A stretch of DNA of 33,206 nucleotides from Candidatus Methylomirabilota bacterium (GTDB taxonomy: Bacteria > Methylomirabilota > Methylomirabilia > Rokubacteriales > CSP1-6): assembly GCA_046726415.1 (NCBI GenBank), contig JBKPAK010000120.1, positions 1 to 33,206 on the forward strand. Direction: 5' to 3'. The position numbers were made by a program, and so were the translations under genes. Below are positions 1 through 8,855 of the stretch, piece after piece. Under the pieces are notes generated by a model, which was not told where the DNA came from, did no database searches, and saw only the letters and a program-made list of their open reading frames with translations. Position 1 is the stretch's first letter, and every line of letters starts with the position of its first letter.

Positions 1-977
1 AGGTTCCGCGCGATCACCTCGGTGTCCTGTCCCGCCTTCGGCGTGAGCGGCGGACCGCTGGCCGCGGCGTCGCCGCTGGCATAGACGGCGGGATTCGAGA
101 CGCTCTGGAGGTACTGGTTCACGGTAACGCCCCGTCGCTCGCGGGCTACCCCGGCACGCGCGAGGTCAAGGTCGTCCAGGTCCGGGATGCGCCCGGCGCC
201 GTGCACGGCGATGTCGGCCTCGAATCGCCGATCCCCACCGTCGCCGCGCCCGTGCACGGCGACGCCGGGGTCGGCGCGGTCGATCCCGCGCACCTCTGTC
301 GCCAGCTCGACGCGAACGCCCAGACCGCGGGTGCGCTTGACCAGGAGGTCCACGAGATCCGGGTCGAAGCCCTCCAGGGGACGCAGGCCCCGGTGGATAA
401 TCGTGACCTCTGCCCCGGCCCTGGCGGCCACGTGGGCGAACTCGAAGGAAATGTAGCCGCCCCCGACGAAGACGATGCGCCGCGGTAGCGCGTCCAGCTC
501 GAGGAAGCTCTCGCTCGACACCAGATGCTCGGCGCCTGGAAACGGCAGCGGAGCGGGCTTGGCGCCGGCGGCTATCAGCACGTGGCGACCGACGAGCTGG
601 TCGCCGTCGATGGCGAGAGTGGTGGGCCCCATGAACCGCGCCCGGCCCTGGAACGTCTCGATCCCTTGTCGCGCGTAGCCTTCGGCGAAAGCCTGCGGCG
701 CGGGGTCCGTCTCGGAGCGCTTGAACCGCATCAGCTCGGGCCAATCGATCGCCAGATTCGGCGCGCGGACGCCCTTGCCCACCATGTCGCGCGGCGCGTT
801 CACGGCTTCCGCGGCGCTGACCAGGAGCTTCTTCGGCCGACATCCTCGCAACGCGCAGGTACCGCCGAACGGCCGCCAGTCCATCACGGCCACTGTCCAG
901 CCGGCTTCCCGGCACCGCGATGCGGCGCCCGACGCAACTCCCGTCCCGACGACGATGAGGTCAAACCGCCTGTCCAT
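1..977 (-). CDS. Pyridine nucleotide-disulfide oxidoreductase, glutathione reductase-like (runs off the left edge)
   Basis: Not in the ORF track. Manual translation from ATG 977 gives MDRRFDLIVVGTGVASG (FAD Rossmann), GGTCALRGCRPKK (redox CxxxxC), VGGGYISFEFA (NAD(P)H site) and VYASGD. GGAGGG RBS upstream. Confidence 0.92.
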   Translation of the reverse strand, partial: MDRRFDLIVVGTGVASGAASRCREAGWTVAVMDWRPFGGTCALRGCRPKKLLVSAAEAVNAPRDMVGKGVRAPNLAIDWPELMRFKRSETDPAPQAFAEGYARQGIETFQGRARFMGPTTLAIDGDQLVGRHVLIAAGAKPAPLPFPGAEHLVSSESFLELDALPRRIVFVGGGYISFEFAHVAARAGAEVTIIHRGLRPLEGFDPDLVDLLVKRTRGLGVRVELATEVRGIDRADPGVAVHGRGDGGDRRFEADIAVHGAGRIPDLDDLDLARAGVARERRGVTVNQYLQSVSNPAVYASGDAAASGPPLTPKAGQDTEVIARN

Positions 978-1806
978 GATCCCTCCGCGTCGCCCGCGCA
1001 ATGCGTGTCTCGCCGAGCTGGGCGTTCAGACGCCGGCAGAGGTCCAGCACCTGCCCGTCGTAGGCCGGGAACCAGCTTCGCAGCCACTCCGGCCGATCGA
1101 AGAAAGCGAGCGGGGATTGCCCGCGTCGGCGGATCGACACGCGCAATACGAGACCCGTCGCGTTGATGAAGCTGACCTCGTCGAGCCGGCGACCCGCGGC
1201 CGCCGCTCCGGCGGTGACTGGGCAGAATGTCCTCAGCATGTCGAGGGTCTCGCCCACCCCACGGAGACAGAAGACGCGGGTACGCTTCACGAGCGCCGCA
1301 GGCAGAAGAGTGAGGACGCTTCGGATGGTCAGCCCGGAGAAGACGGTATCGTCGACCACGGCGAGCGAGCGGTGTCCGTCCAGACCGGTGAGCTGGTCCG
1401 CGAGGGATGTGGCCACAGTACTGACCAGCGAATAGCCGCCGCGGCCATCCTCTTCGCGAGTGATGCCAACATGCTGCACCCGCGGGAACCATCCGGTTCG
1501 GGCATGGAGTTGCTCAGCCACCCGCTCGCCGGCGAGCCCGATCCCGAGGGCCAGGTCGAAGGGAGGCCATGGACCCTGTCTGGCGACGCGTTCGAGCTGA
1601 TCCTCGAGATCGAGGACGGTCACACGGCCCCGGTCCGCGCGGAGCAGCCCGAGAAGCTCCCGGGCGAGGGCCGCTGCCGGTGAGCAGGGACCGGCGCGCC
1701 GGTTCACCTCGTCCGTCAGATCGTCGTGCACGTAGAGCCAGCGAGGCGTGGGCTGGGCATACCGCGCCCCGCTCGCGTCCGGAGCGGGGTCGGGCTCATG
1801 AGCCAT
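961..1806 (-). CDS. Hypothetical protein with phosphoribosyltransferase-like fold
   Basis: 281-aa ORF with VVDDTVFSGLT (PRPP-binding-like motif); overlaps both neighbouring genes. Confidence 0.7.
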   Translation of the reverse strand: MAHEPDPAPDASGARYAQPTPRWLYVHDDLTDEVNRRAGPCSPAAALARELLGLLRADRGRVTVLDLEDQLERVARQGPWPPFDLALGIGLAGERVAEQLHARTGWFPRVQHVGITREEDGRGGYSLVSTVATSLADQLTGLDGHRSLAVVDDTVFSGLTIRSVLTLLPAALVKRTRVFCLRGVGETLDMLRTFCPVTAGAAAAGRRLDEVSFINATGLVLRVSIRRRGQSPLAFFDRPEWLRSWFPAYDGQVLDLCRRLNAQLGETRIARATRRDHGQAV

Positions 1807-2332
1807 CGCGGAGAGGAGGGCCGGCGTAGGTGTAGTCGCTCCGACACCGCTGCATGATCGCGCGCAGGTCCTGCCGTAGCTCCTCCAGGGTCGGCCGGCC
1901 CACGAACCACCAGCCGTCGTAGATCCGGTGGATCGTCAGGTCCGGCATCAACGAAAAGGTGTAGGGCAGGGCGACCAGACCGTGCTCGAAGCCCGCGGCA
2001 GTCACCTCGACGATGTCGAGCTGCCGGATGGCGCGCCGCTCATGGTCAGAGAGAAACGTGAAGGTGGCCCCCAGCCCGGCCCGGAAGGCCGCGGTGACCT
2101 CCGGAGGGTCGGTCGAGACCACGGCGAGCTTGCAGTAGTTGACCTGGAGCTCCGGTTGAAGCTGCGTGAGGTGCCTGACCTGGCACGCGCACTTCGGTCA
2201 CCAATAGCCCCGGTAAAACGACACGATGAGCGGAAAGCCGTCGGCGAGCTTGGAGAGTCTGACGGCCTGGTGGCGATGATCCGGTAACTCGAGGTCGGGA
2301 AGGCGGTGGCCGACGACGAGGTCAGGGTGCAT
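1796..2332 (-). CDS. AhpC/TSA (redoxin) family probable selenoprotein, UxxC
   Basis: AAGGAGG RBS and ATG 2332. Reads MHPDLVVGHRLPDLELPDH...FYRGYW-TGA(2198-2200)-PKC, in frame with track ORF 1796..2122. Confidence 0.88.
2171..2186 (-). promoter_or_regulatory. Putative bacterial SECIS hairpin
   Basis: GUGCC-AGGUCA-GGCAC, starting 11 nt after the UGA. Confidence 0.65.
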
Positions 2333-2368
2333 GAGGATCTCCTCCTTTCGTAAGCGGGCCGCGCGATC

Positions 2369-2569
2369 TTAGTAGGTAGGCACCGCATGGACCAGCGCGA
2401 CGCAGTGCTCGGGGTCGGTGTCCCAGCGGGTCATGCTGAGCCCGGCCGCCTCGAGCGCGCCACGGGCGACCAGCGGTACCGTCTCCAGTGTCATGGCGTT
2501 CACGTCAACGGGCATTTCGGGGGGCGGAACTCTCGGGCGCGCGGTGAGACCCCAACGCCCGTCGGCCAT
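2369..2569 (-). CDS. Small hypothetical protein or gene remnant
   Basis: 66-aa ORF co-oriented just upstream of the redoxin gene; no recognisable motif or clear RBS. Confidence 0.3.
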   Translation of the reverse strand: MADGRWGLTARPRVPPPEMPVDVNAMTLETVPLVARGALEAAGLSMTRWDTDPEHCVALVHAVPTY

Positions 2570-2833
2570 GGGCTCATGGAGTCGGCCCTGCTCGTCGACA
2601 GGGATGTCAATCTAGTCGCACACGGCCGGCGCCCGACGGACACGCCGTCCGCCAGTTTCATGCCCCTAGGCTAGTTTGCAGCGGCCGGGCGATCAATGCC
2701 ACTCTTCGTTGTGCCTGCGAAATCCCTTTACGGGCCGGCCGGCCGCCCGTACCATTTTTGTGTCGACGCGCAGCTCTCGAGGCGTCCTCATTTTCGGTCT
2801 CGCATGGGTGATTGGGTATCTGGAGGTACGTGG

Positions 2834-4162
2834 ATGACACGCACGGTCGCCGAGCGGCTTCTCCGCGCCTGGCAGCGCACCGATCTCATCTTCTCGACGT
2901 TGAAGACCGAAGCATTCCTGGCCCGGCCGATCGCCCTCCGACATCCCTTCGTCTTCTACGTCGGGCATCTGCCGGCCTTCGCCTGGATCCACATCTGCGG
3001 GGGGATGCTGGACCGGCCTTCGTTCGCGCCCGCGTTCGACGACATGTTCTCGCGGGGTATCGATCCTGACGTGGACCACCCGGAACGATGCCATGACCAT
3101 CCGGAGGTGCCAGCACGCTGGCCTGAGCTCGACGCGGTGCTCGCCTACCGCGACCGGGTGCGCGCGGCCGTCCTGGAGTCGATCGATGCGGTGGGGGAGC
3201 GGGCGGCGACCGATCCGATGGCGCAGAACGGCCGCGTGTTCGCGATGGTGGTCGAGCACGAATTGATGCATCAGGAGACGCTGCTCTACATGATCCAGCA
3301 GCTCAGCCCGGAGCTGAGGGTGCGACCCTCGTGGCTGCCGGCGTATATCCTCGGGGACGGCGTCGCGCGGCCCCCGGTGGCGGTCCCGGCCGGGCGCGTC
3401 ACGCTCGGCGCCGACTTTGACGCGCTGCCCTTCGGCTGGGACAACGAGTTCCCGATGACGTCGGTGGATGTCTCCGCCTTCTCGATCGGCGCCGTTCCCG
3501 TGTGCAATGCCGAGTTCCTGGAGTTCGTCGAGAACGGCGCCTACCGGCGACCCGAGACCTGGCGCGAGGAGGACTGGGCCTGGAAGGTGCAGGCCAGGCT
3601 CGACCACCCACAGTTCTGGGTGCGCAGAGACGGTATCTGGTTCTATCAGACCGCTTTCGACCTGGTGCCCCTGGCCGAGGTGGGAGGGTGGCCCGCCTAC
3701 GTCAGCCTCGCCGAAGCTCGAGCCTACGCGCGCTGGCGCGGCGGCCGCCTACCCACTGAGGCGGAGTTCCATCGCGCTGCCTATGGCCAGCCCGACGGAG
3801 GCGAGCGGACCTCCCCGTGGAAGCCGGACACTCCGGAGCCCGCCCGAGGGAACTTCGACTTCCGCTGCTGGGCTCCTACTCCAGTTGGCTCGTACCCGCG
3901 TGGCGCGAGCGCCTGGGGAGTCCATGAGCTCGTTGGCAACGGCTGGGAGTGGACCGACACGCCGTTCGACGGCTTTCCAGGATTCAAGGCATACATCGAG
4001 CGATACCCGGGATACTCCGCCGACTTCTTCGACGGAAAGCACTGCGTCTTGAAGGGGGCCTCGTGGGCCACTGTCGACGATCTCGTGCGCCCGAGCTTTC
4101 GCAACTGGTTCCAGACCCACTACCCGTTCGTGTTCGCCAAGTTCCGCTGCGCCACCGACTGA
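2834..4162 (+). CDS. egtB: EgtB/Egt1-family non-heme iron sulfoxide synthase (DinB_2 + FGE-sulfatase domains)
   Basis: GGAGG RBS and ATG 2834. Motifs LRHPFVFYVGH, EHELMHQE (iron His ligands), RLPTEAEF, GNGWEWT and RPSFRNWF. Confidence 0.85.
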   Translation: MTRTVAERLLRAWQRTDLIFSTLKTEAFLARPIALRHPFVFYVGHLPAFAWIHICGGMLDRPSFAPAFDDMFSRGIDPDVDHPERCHDHPEVPARWPELDAVLAYRDRVRAAVLESIDAVGERAATDPMAQNGRVFAMVVEHELMHQETLLYMIQQLSPELRVRPSWLPAYILGDGVARPPVAVPAGRVTLGADFDALPFGWDNEFPMTSVDVSAFSIGAVPVCNAEFLEFVENGAYRRPETWREEDWAWKVQARLDHPQFWVRRDGIWFYQTAFDLVPLAEVGGWPAYVSLAEARAYARWRGGRLPTEAEFHRAAYGQPDGGERTSPWKPDTPEPARGNFDFRCWAPTPVGSYPRGASAWGVHELVGNGWEWTDTPFDGFPGFKAYIERYPGYSADFFDGKHCVLKGASWATVDDLVRPSFRNWFQTHYPFVFAKFRCATD

Positions 4163-4432
4163 CGTCATCAGACGGTTCGCGGCCAGAGAGTGAACCTCTC
4201 CGCTTGCCGTCACCGGGCCCGCCGTTCGGCCGCGTGCGATCGGCGACCGGCACCGGATTCTGGGACGCCTGCATGAACGAAGCAGCCTCGCCTGGCGTTG
4301 CGCACGACCCTGGCCACGCGATCCGGCGGATTCAGCGAGTCGATCGCCAAGGCCACCTCGGGGCGAGGTGACGACGAGGGAGGCGCCGCCGGCGGCACCC
4401 ATGACACCGGCGGGGCTGAAAGGAATCTTGCC

Positions 4433-4948
4433 GTGACTGAGAGAATCGTCCCCGTTGCGGCGCTGGTGGTCGCACTGGCACTCGGACCGATCGCAATGAC
4501 CACCGGATCCGCCGAGCACGCCACCGGCGTGCGCGCGCGCGACTATGTTCCGAAAGGCCAGGACGAAGCCGCGATTGTCCGTCTGGTCCGCACAGTCGGC
4601 GAGGGGTGGGAGCGCAAGGACATCGAACAGATCCTCTCCGCCTACGCTCCCGACGCCGTCCAGCGCGCGTGGAACGAACCGGCACGGATGATCGACGTCG
4701 CCGGCATCCGCGCTGAAGCGATGGGCGCTTTCGCCGATCCAAAACTCGGTCGGGTCGAGTTCGACGACCGGATCCACCGCATCTACATCGTCAACAACTC
4801 CGCACTCGTCGAGATCAACCAGCGATTTCACGGCTGGGGCCGCGACCACTACTACCGCGACTTCTGGATGTTCGCGCGCCGCGACGGCCGATGGTGGCTC
4901 GTCCGCTACGACTATGAGCCGCAGCCGCCGTTCGACGCCCGGCGCTGA
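4433..4948 (+). CDS. Secreted NTF2/SnoaL-like protein
   Basis: AAGGA RBS and GTG 4433; signal-peptide-like N-terminus; WERKDIEQILSAYAPDA and RRDGRWWLV patterns typical of NTF2-like folds. Confidence 0.7.
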   Translation: MTERIVPVAALVVALALGPIAMTTGSAEHATGVRARDYVPKGQDEAAIVRLVRTVGEGWERKDIEQILSAYAPDAVQRAWNEPARMIDVAGIRAEAMGAFADPKLGRVEFDDRIHRIYIVNNSALVEINQRFHGWGRDHYYRDFWMFARRDGRWWLVRYDYEPQPPFDARR

Positions 4949-5538
4949 GGCGACGAGTGAGCGGCGCCTCCTTGCTCGTACGCGCCGCTGTGCGAGTGTG
5001 CCTTCGGAAGCGAGTGACAGCGACTCAGAGACTTCAGCGCCACCGCTTGTTCCGTCTCGCCGAGTTCGACGCGACGGGCACTGAGCCACGGGACGGGGCG
5101 AGACAGTTGCGATGAGCACGTCCCAGTCGATGTGCCGGCCGGATGGAGCCGGACGCGGCCCCGCAAACCTCTCGCCGAGGATCTGCAGCCCGGAGATCTT
5201 TTGAAAAGCTCACCCAGCGCCACCCGATGGGCCGCCCGGACCGGCTGCCGCCACCAATCTGGGAGAAGAAGAGCCGGGCTCGCGGCGACGAGCCACGGCA
5301 CGCCCGCGGCGTAACCGAGCAGGCTCACAGTGCCGGCGCCGCCGGCGAGTAGTAACGCTGCCCTCCTCCCGCCTCCGTCACCCAGAGTCACAGGCGTCAC
5401 CGGCCCTGGTGGCTTCGCATGGTGCGCGTCTGTCGCGGGCGCCGTTGTCACAGGTGTGTCGATTCGACGGCCGATCATTCCCCGATACGACAGAAGCGGA
5501 ACTGGGCGCCCAGTTCAGGGCGGCGTCGGGCACGCGGC

Positions 5539-6054
5539 TCAGCGCGTGCCCTTCGTGGCGGCGTCAGTCAGGGCTTCGAGGGCAGCCGTCATGGCCTTGA
5601 CAATCTCGGCACGGTCCTTCACGCCGTGGCGCTCGGCCGGCCAGGCCGGATCGTTGTAGGCGAGCCAGACTTGCCCCATCTCATCCTCCCAGGCGAGGGC
5701 CTTGAGCGGGAGGTCGATACCCGCGCTCTGCGCGCTTTGCATGAGGGGCGTGCCAGCCTTCGGGTTGCCGAAGATCAAGAGCTGCGTCGGTCGCAACGTC
5801 AGCCCGACCTTCTGCGCCGCGCCGGCATGATCCACGCGCGCGATCACCACCAGATCTCGCTCCTTGGCGGCCCGCTCGAGGCGGTCCACTGTCTCGAGAA
5901 CCGAGTACGGACTCCGCTTCGTGATCAGACCGCTGGCCGCCGCGGCGGGGGTGACCACCATCGTGATCATCAGCAGCGAGACGAGGGCTGACAACGCGTG
6001 CGCAGCGCGGGGCCGTCCGAGGGGGGGCTGTCTCCGCAGCGTCCTCATGCCCAT
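5539..6054 (-). CDS. DUF302 domain protein (exported)
   Basis: IARVDHAGAA, LLIFGNPKAGTPLMQ and GIDLPLKALAWED; GGAGG RBS; signal peptide. Confidence 0.88.
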   Translation of the reverse strand: MGMRTLRRQPPLGRPRAAHALSALVSLLMITMVVTPAAAASGLITKRSPYSVLETVDRLERAAKERDLVVIARVDHAGAAQKVGLTLRPTQLLIFGNPKAGTPLMQSAQSAGIDLPLKALAWEDEMGQVWLAYNDPAWPAERHGVKDRAEIVKAMTAALEALTDAATKGTR

Positions 6055-6174
6055 ACCCATACCTCCACACGCAGTTCGCTCGAGAGCAATCGTCCAGGTT
6101 ATCGCGTGGCCGGCTCAGTCCATCGATGAACGGGATGTTCACAAGGCCTCGAGATGCGGCTGCGAGGCCTCGGC

Positions 6175-6468
6175 TCAGTGGGGGGAGCTCGCCTCGGCCC
6201 CTGCGATGACTGGGTCGACGACGAGCAGCAGGTCTCGGCCAAACGCGAGGACGGGGCGTCGGGACAGCACGAACGCCCGCTCGACGAGATTCTGAAGTTC
6301 GCGCACGTTGCCGGGCCACGAATACGCCAGCAGCCGATTCAAGCGCACCGCCTGGGCGATAGAATGAAAGAGGGCATCGCCGCTCAGATTCGAGATGATG
6401 GCGTCGTTGATCTCGAGGAGGGTGCGGTAGCGCTCGGCTGCGTCGGGAATCTGATCCTGTTGGGCGGC
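6175..6468 (-). pseudogene. Internally deleted remnant of an FhlA-like sigma-54 activator
   Basis: Startless frame ERYRTLLEINDAIISNL...LFHSIAQAV joined directly to LLAYSWPGNVRELQNLVERA (AAA+ lid motif of enhancer-binding proteins). Confidence 0.75.
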
Positions 6469-7857
6469 CTATCCATGCGATCTGGCCTCGAGGCGCTCGA
6501 CCAGCGCTCGGGCCCATGCCATCCGCTCCGGTGGCATCACGAGCTTCTCCGCGAAGGGCTCGCCAAAGGGGCGCGTCGCATCGATCCCGAGCTTGGCGGT
6601 GACCCCTCGCTCGTCGGCGCTCGGATCGAGCAGGGCGCCCAGGCTTCCGGAAATGATCACGAGATCTCGGTCGGGCTGCATGCGCGTGGTGACCGCCCAC
6701 AGCACGTCGGACTCGTCGAAGACGTCGATGTCGTCGTCGACGACGATCACCAGCTTCAGATAGTGATCTACCCCGAGCACGATGGGAATGACGTGCTTGG
6801 CCTCGCCTGGCCGGCTCTGCCGGATGGCGACGTAGGCGCTGAACGAGGATGTCCCCGAGAGCGGCACGTGCACCGCCGTGACGTTGGGGATGACCCGGGC
6901 CAGCGCGTTCATGATCTCGGCTTCGCGGATGAGGCCCAAGGTGGTGATGTGGTCGCCCGCCCGGCCCGAGCCGATCGACTGGAACCATGGCCGGTCGCGC
7001 ATGGCGATGGCCTTGGCCACGAAGACGTGTTGCGTGCTGCGCCGCGAAAAGTAGCCGGTGAACTCGCCGAAGGGCCCCTCCGGCTCGCGCACCCCGGGCA
7101 GGATCTCGCCCTCGATGGCGATCTCGGCGGCGGCGGGCACGCGCAGGTCGATGGCCACACAGGGCGCCACCTCCAGCGGCTCGCCGAGCAACCCGCCGAC
7201 CACCGCGAACTTGCCGACGTCCGCAGGCGGATAGGCAAGCGATCCCATGGACACCACCGGGTGGAGGCCGAGGACGATGGCGCACGGTAAGGGCTGACCC
7301 TTGGCCTCCGCGCGGCGCTGGTACTCGAACATCCGGCGTCGCGAGTGAAGGCTGACGCCGAGCCGATCGCGGCTCTTGAGCTGGAAGCGGTGGTAGCCTT
7401 CCGTTTCGACGCCGGTGTCGGGATCGCGTGCCACCAGCATGCCGGCGGTGAGGTAACGCCCGGCGTCGCCCGGAAAGTAGGTTGGGATGGGGAGCCGGCC
7501 GAGGTCGAGGTCGGCTCCGCGCAGGACGCGCTGCCGGAATGGCGCGGCCGCCACGGCGATCGGCTCAACTGGTGTTTTCAGGCGTCGCGCGTACTCGGTG
7601 GGCAGCGCGGTCTCGGTCACACCGAGGGCAAAGGCCAGGGCCCGGCGGCTGGCCACCACGTTACACACGATGGGAATGTCATGGCCGTCGATCGTTTCGA
7701 ACAGGATGATGGGATAGCGCCGGCGGCGCTCGTACTCGAGCACCAACGCCATCACGTCGTGGTCGCGCGAGACCGCCTCCTGCACGCGCACCACCTCGCC
7801 CGGGTGCGCGGTGCCGTACGCGTCGACGAAGCTGCGCAGATCCTGAGGCGACGCCAC
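6469..7857 (-). CDS. UbiD family (prFMN-dependent) decarboxylase
   Basis: QDLRSFV N-terminus, EGPFGEFTGY, VIVVDDDIDVFD, LDPS and KLGIDAT; GTG 7857 chosen as start. Confidence 0.92.
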   Translation of the reverse strand: MASPQDLRSFVDAYGTAHPGEVVRVQEAVSRDHDVMALVLEYERRRRYPIILFETIDGHDIPIVCNVVASRRALAFALGVTETALPTEYARRLKTPVEPIAVAAAPFRQRVLRGADLDLGRLPIPTYFPGDAGRYLTAGMLVARDPDTGVETEGYHRFQLKSRDRLGVSLHSRRRMFEYQRRAEAKGQPLPCAIVLGLHPVVSMGSLAYPPADVGKFAVVGGLLGEPLEVAPCVAIDLRVPAAAEIAIEGEILPGVREPEGPFGEFTGYFSRRSTQHVFVAKAIAMRDRPWFQSIGSGRAGDHITTLGLIREAEIMNALARVIPNVTAVHVPLSGTSSFSAYVAIRQSRPGEAKHVIPIVLGVDHYLKLVIVVDDDIDVFDESDVLWAVTTRMQPDRDLVIISGSLGALLDPSADERGVTAKLGIDATRPFGEPFAEKLVMPPERMAWARALVERLEARSHG

Positions 7858-7868
7858 GGAAGCCGCGT

Positions 7869-8855
7869 TCAGCGGACGGGGGCCACCACCACGTCGCGCG
7901 GCTCGCCCTTGAGGAAGTGCTCGACGTTCTCCACCGCCCGCAGCAAGCCATCCTGGATGACCTCGGGAGTCTGGCCCGCGTTGTGGGGGGAGAGCACGAC
8001 GTTGGGGAGGCCGAGCAAGGGGTCGTCGACCTTGATGGGCTCGTCGTGAAACACGTCCAGTCCTGCTCCCGCGATTCGCCCGCTGCTCAGGGCCTCGAGC
8101 AGGGCTTCGCGTTCGACCATCGCGCCCCGCGCCGTGTTGATGAGAATGGCCGTGCGCTTGACGAGGGTGAACTCCTTGCGTCCGAGGAAGCCGCGAGTCT
8201 CCGGCACCAGGCGGAGGTGCAGGCTGATGAAATCGGCGGCGCGGAGGATGTGATCTTTGGCGGCGGGGGTGGCGCCGAGGGCCTTGATCCGCTCGGCGTC
8301 GGCGCGCGCGCTCCAGGCGAGGACGCGCATCCCGAGGGCGCGGCCGAGCTCGATCACCCGCGCGCCGATCGTGCCCGTGCCGAATACGCCGAGCGTCTTG
8401 CCCAGGCACTGCGTGAGCATCTCGCGCGGCCAGCTGCCGGCGCGCATCTCGCGGTCGATCCGAGGGATTCGCCGCCCGGTGGCCATCATGAGGGCGATGG
8501 CATGCTCGGCCACGGCCAGGGCGTTGACGCCGGGCGTGTTGCACACGGTGAGCCCGCGCTGGCCGGCGGCGCCGAGATCGACGTTGTCGGTCCCGGTACC
8601 CCAGATGGAGATCATTTGGAGCTTCGGACAGGCGGCGAGCACGCCGTCGGTGAAGCGGGCGTGGGCCCTAATGTTGATGACGACGCGGGCACGGCCAATG
8701 CGGCGGATCAGCTCGTCCTGGTCGTCGGCGCCGCGCTCCTTGTAGACGCGCAGCGCGCCGATCTTGGCCGCGCGCTGATGCGCGGCCGAGCCCTCGAAGA
8801 CCGAGGGAAAATCGTCGGGAACGACGATGAGCGGATCGGACACGCTCGAGGCCAT
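7869..8855 (-). CDS. D-isomer-specific 2-hydroxyacid dehydrogenase (SerA-like)
   Basis: GTGTDNVD, GVFGTGTIG, INTARG, GLDVF and SPHNAG motifs. Confidence 0.92.
   Translation of the reverse strand: MASSVSDPLIVVPDDFPSVFEGSAAHQRAAKIGALRVYKERGADDQDELIRRIGRARVVINIRAHARFTDGVLAACPKLQMISIWGTGTDNVDLGAAGQRGLTVCNTPGVNALAVAEHAIALMMATGRRIPRIDREMRAGSWPREMLTQCLGKTLGVFGTGTIGARVIELGRALGMRVLAWSARADAERIKALGATPAAKDHILRAADFISLHLRLVPETRGFLGRKEFTLVKRTAILINTARGAMVEREALLEALSSGRIAGAGLDVFHDEPIKVDDPLLGLPNVVLSPHNAGQTPEVIQDGLLRAVENVEHFLKGEPRDVVVAPVR

Noticed and set aside
2834-4162. Assignment as selenoneine synthase SenA or as OvoA
   Set aside because: No senB or selD adjacent and no C-terminal methyltransferase domain; cannot be supported from sequence alone.
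4912-5478. 188-aa minus-strand ORF with one hydrophobic stretch
   Set aside because: No recognisable family, and the C-terminal half looks non-coding; at most a gene remnant.
6469-6471. Pyrrolysine readthrough of the ubiD TAG into the in-frame remnant
   Set aside because: UbiD is already complete, the downstream part looks decayed, and no pyl genes are visible.
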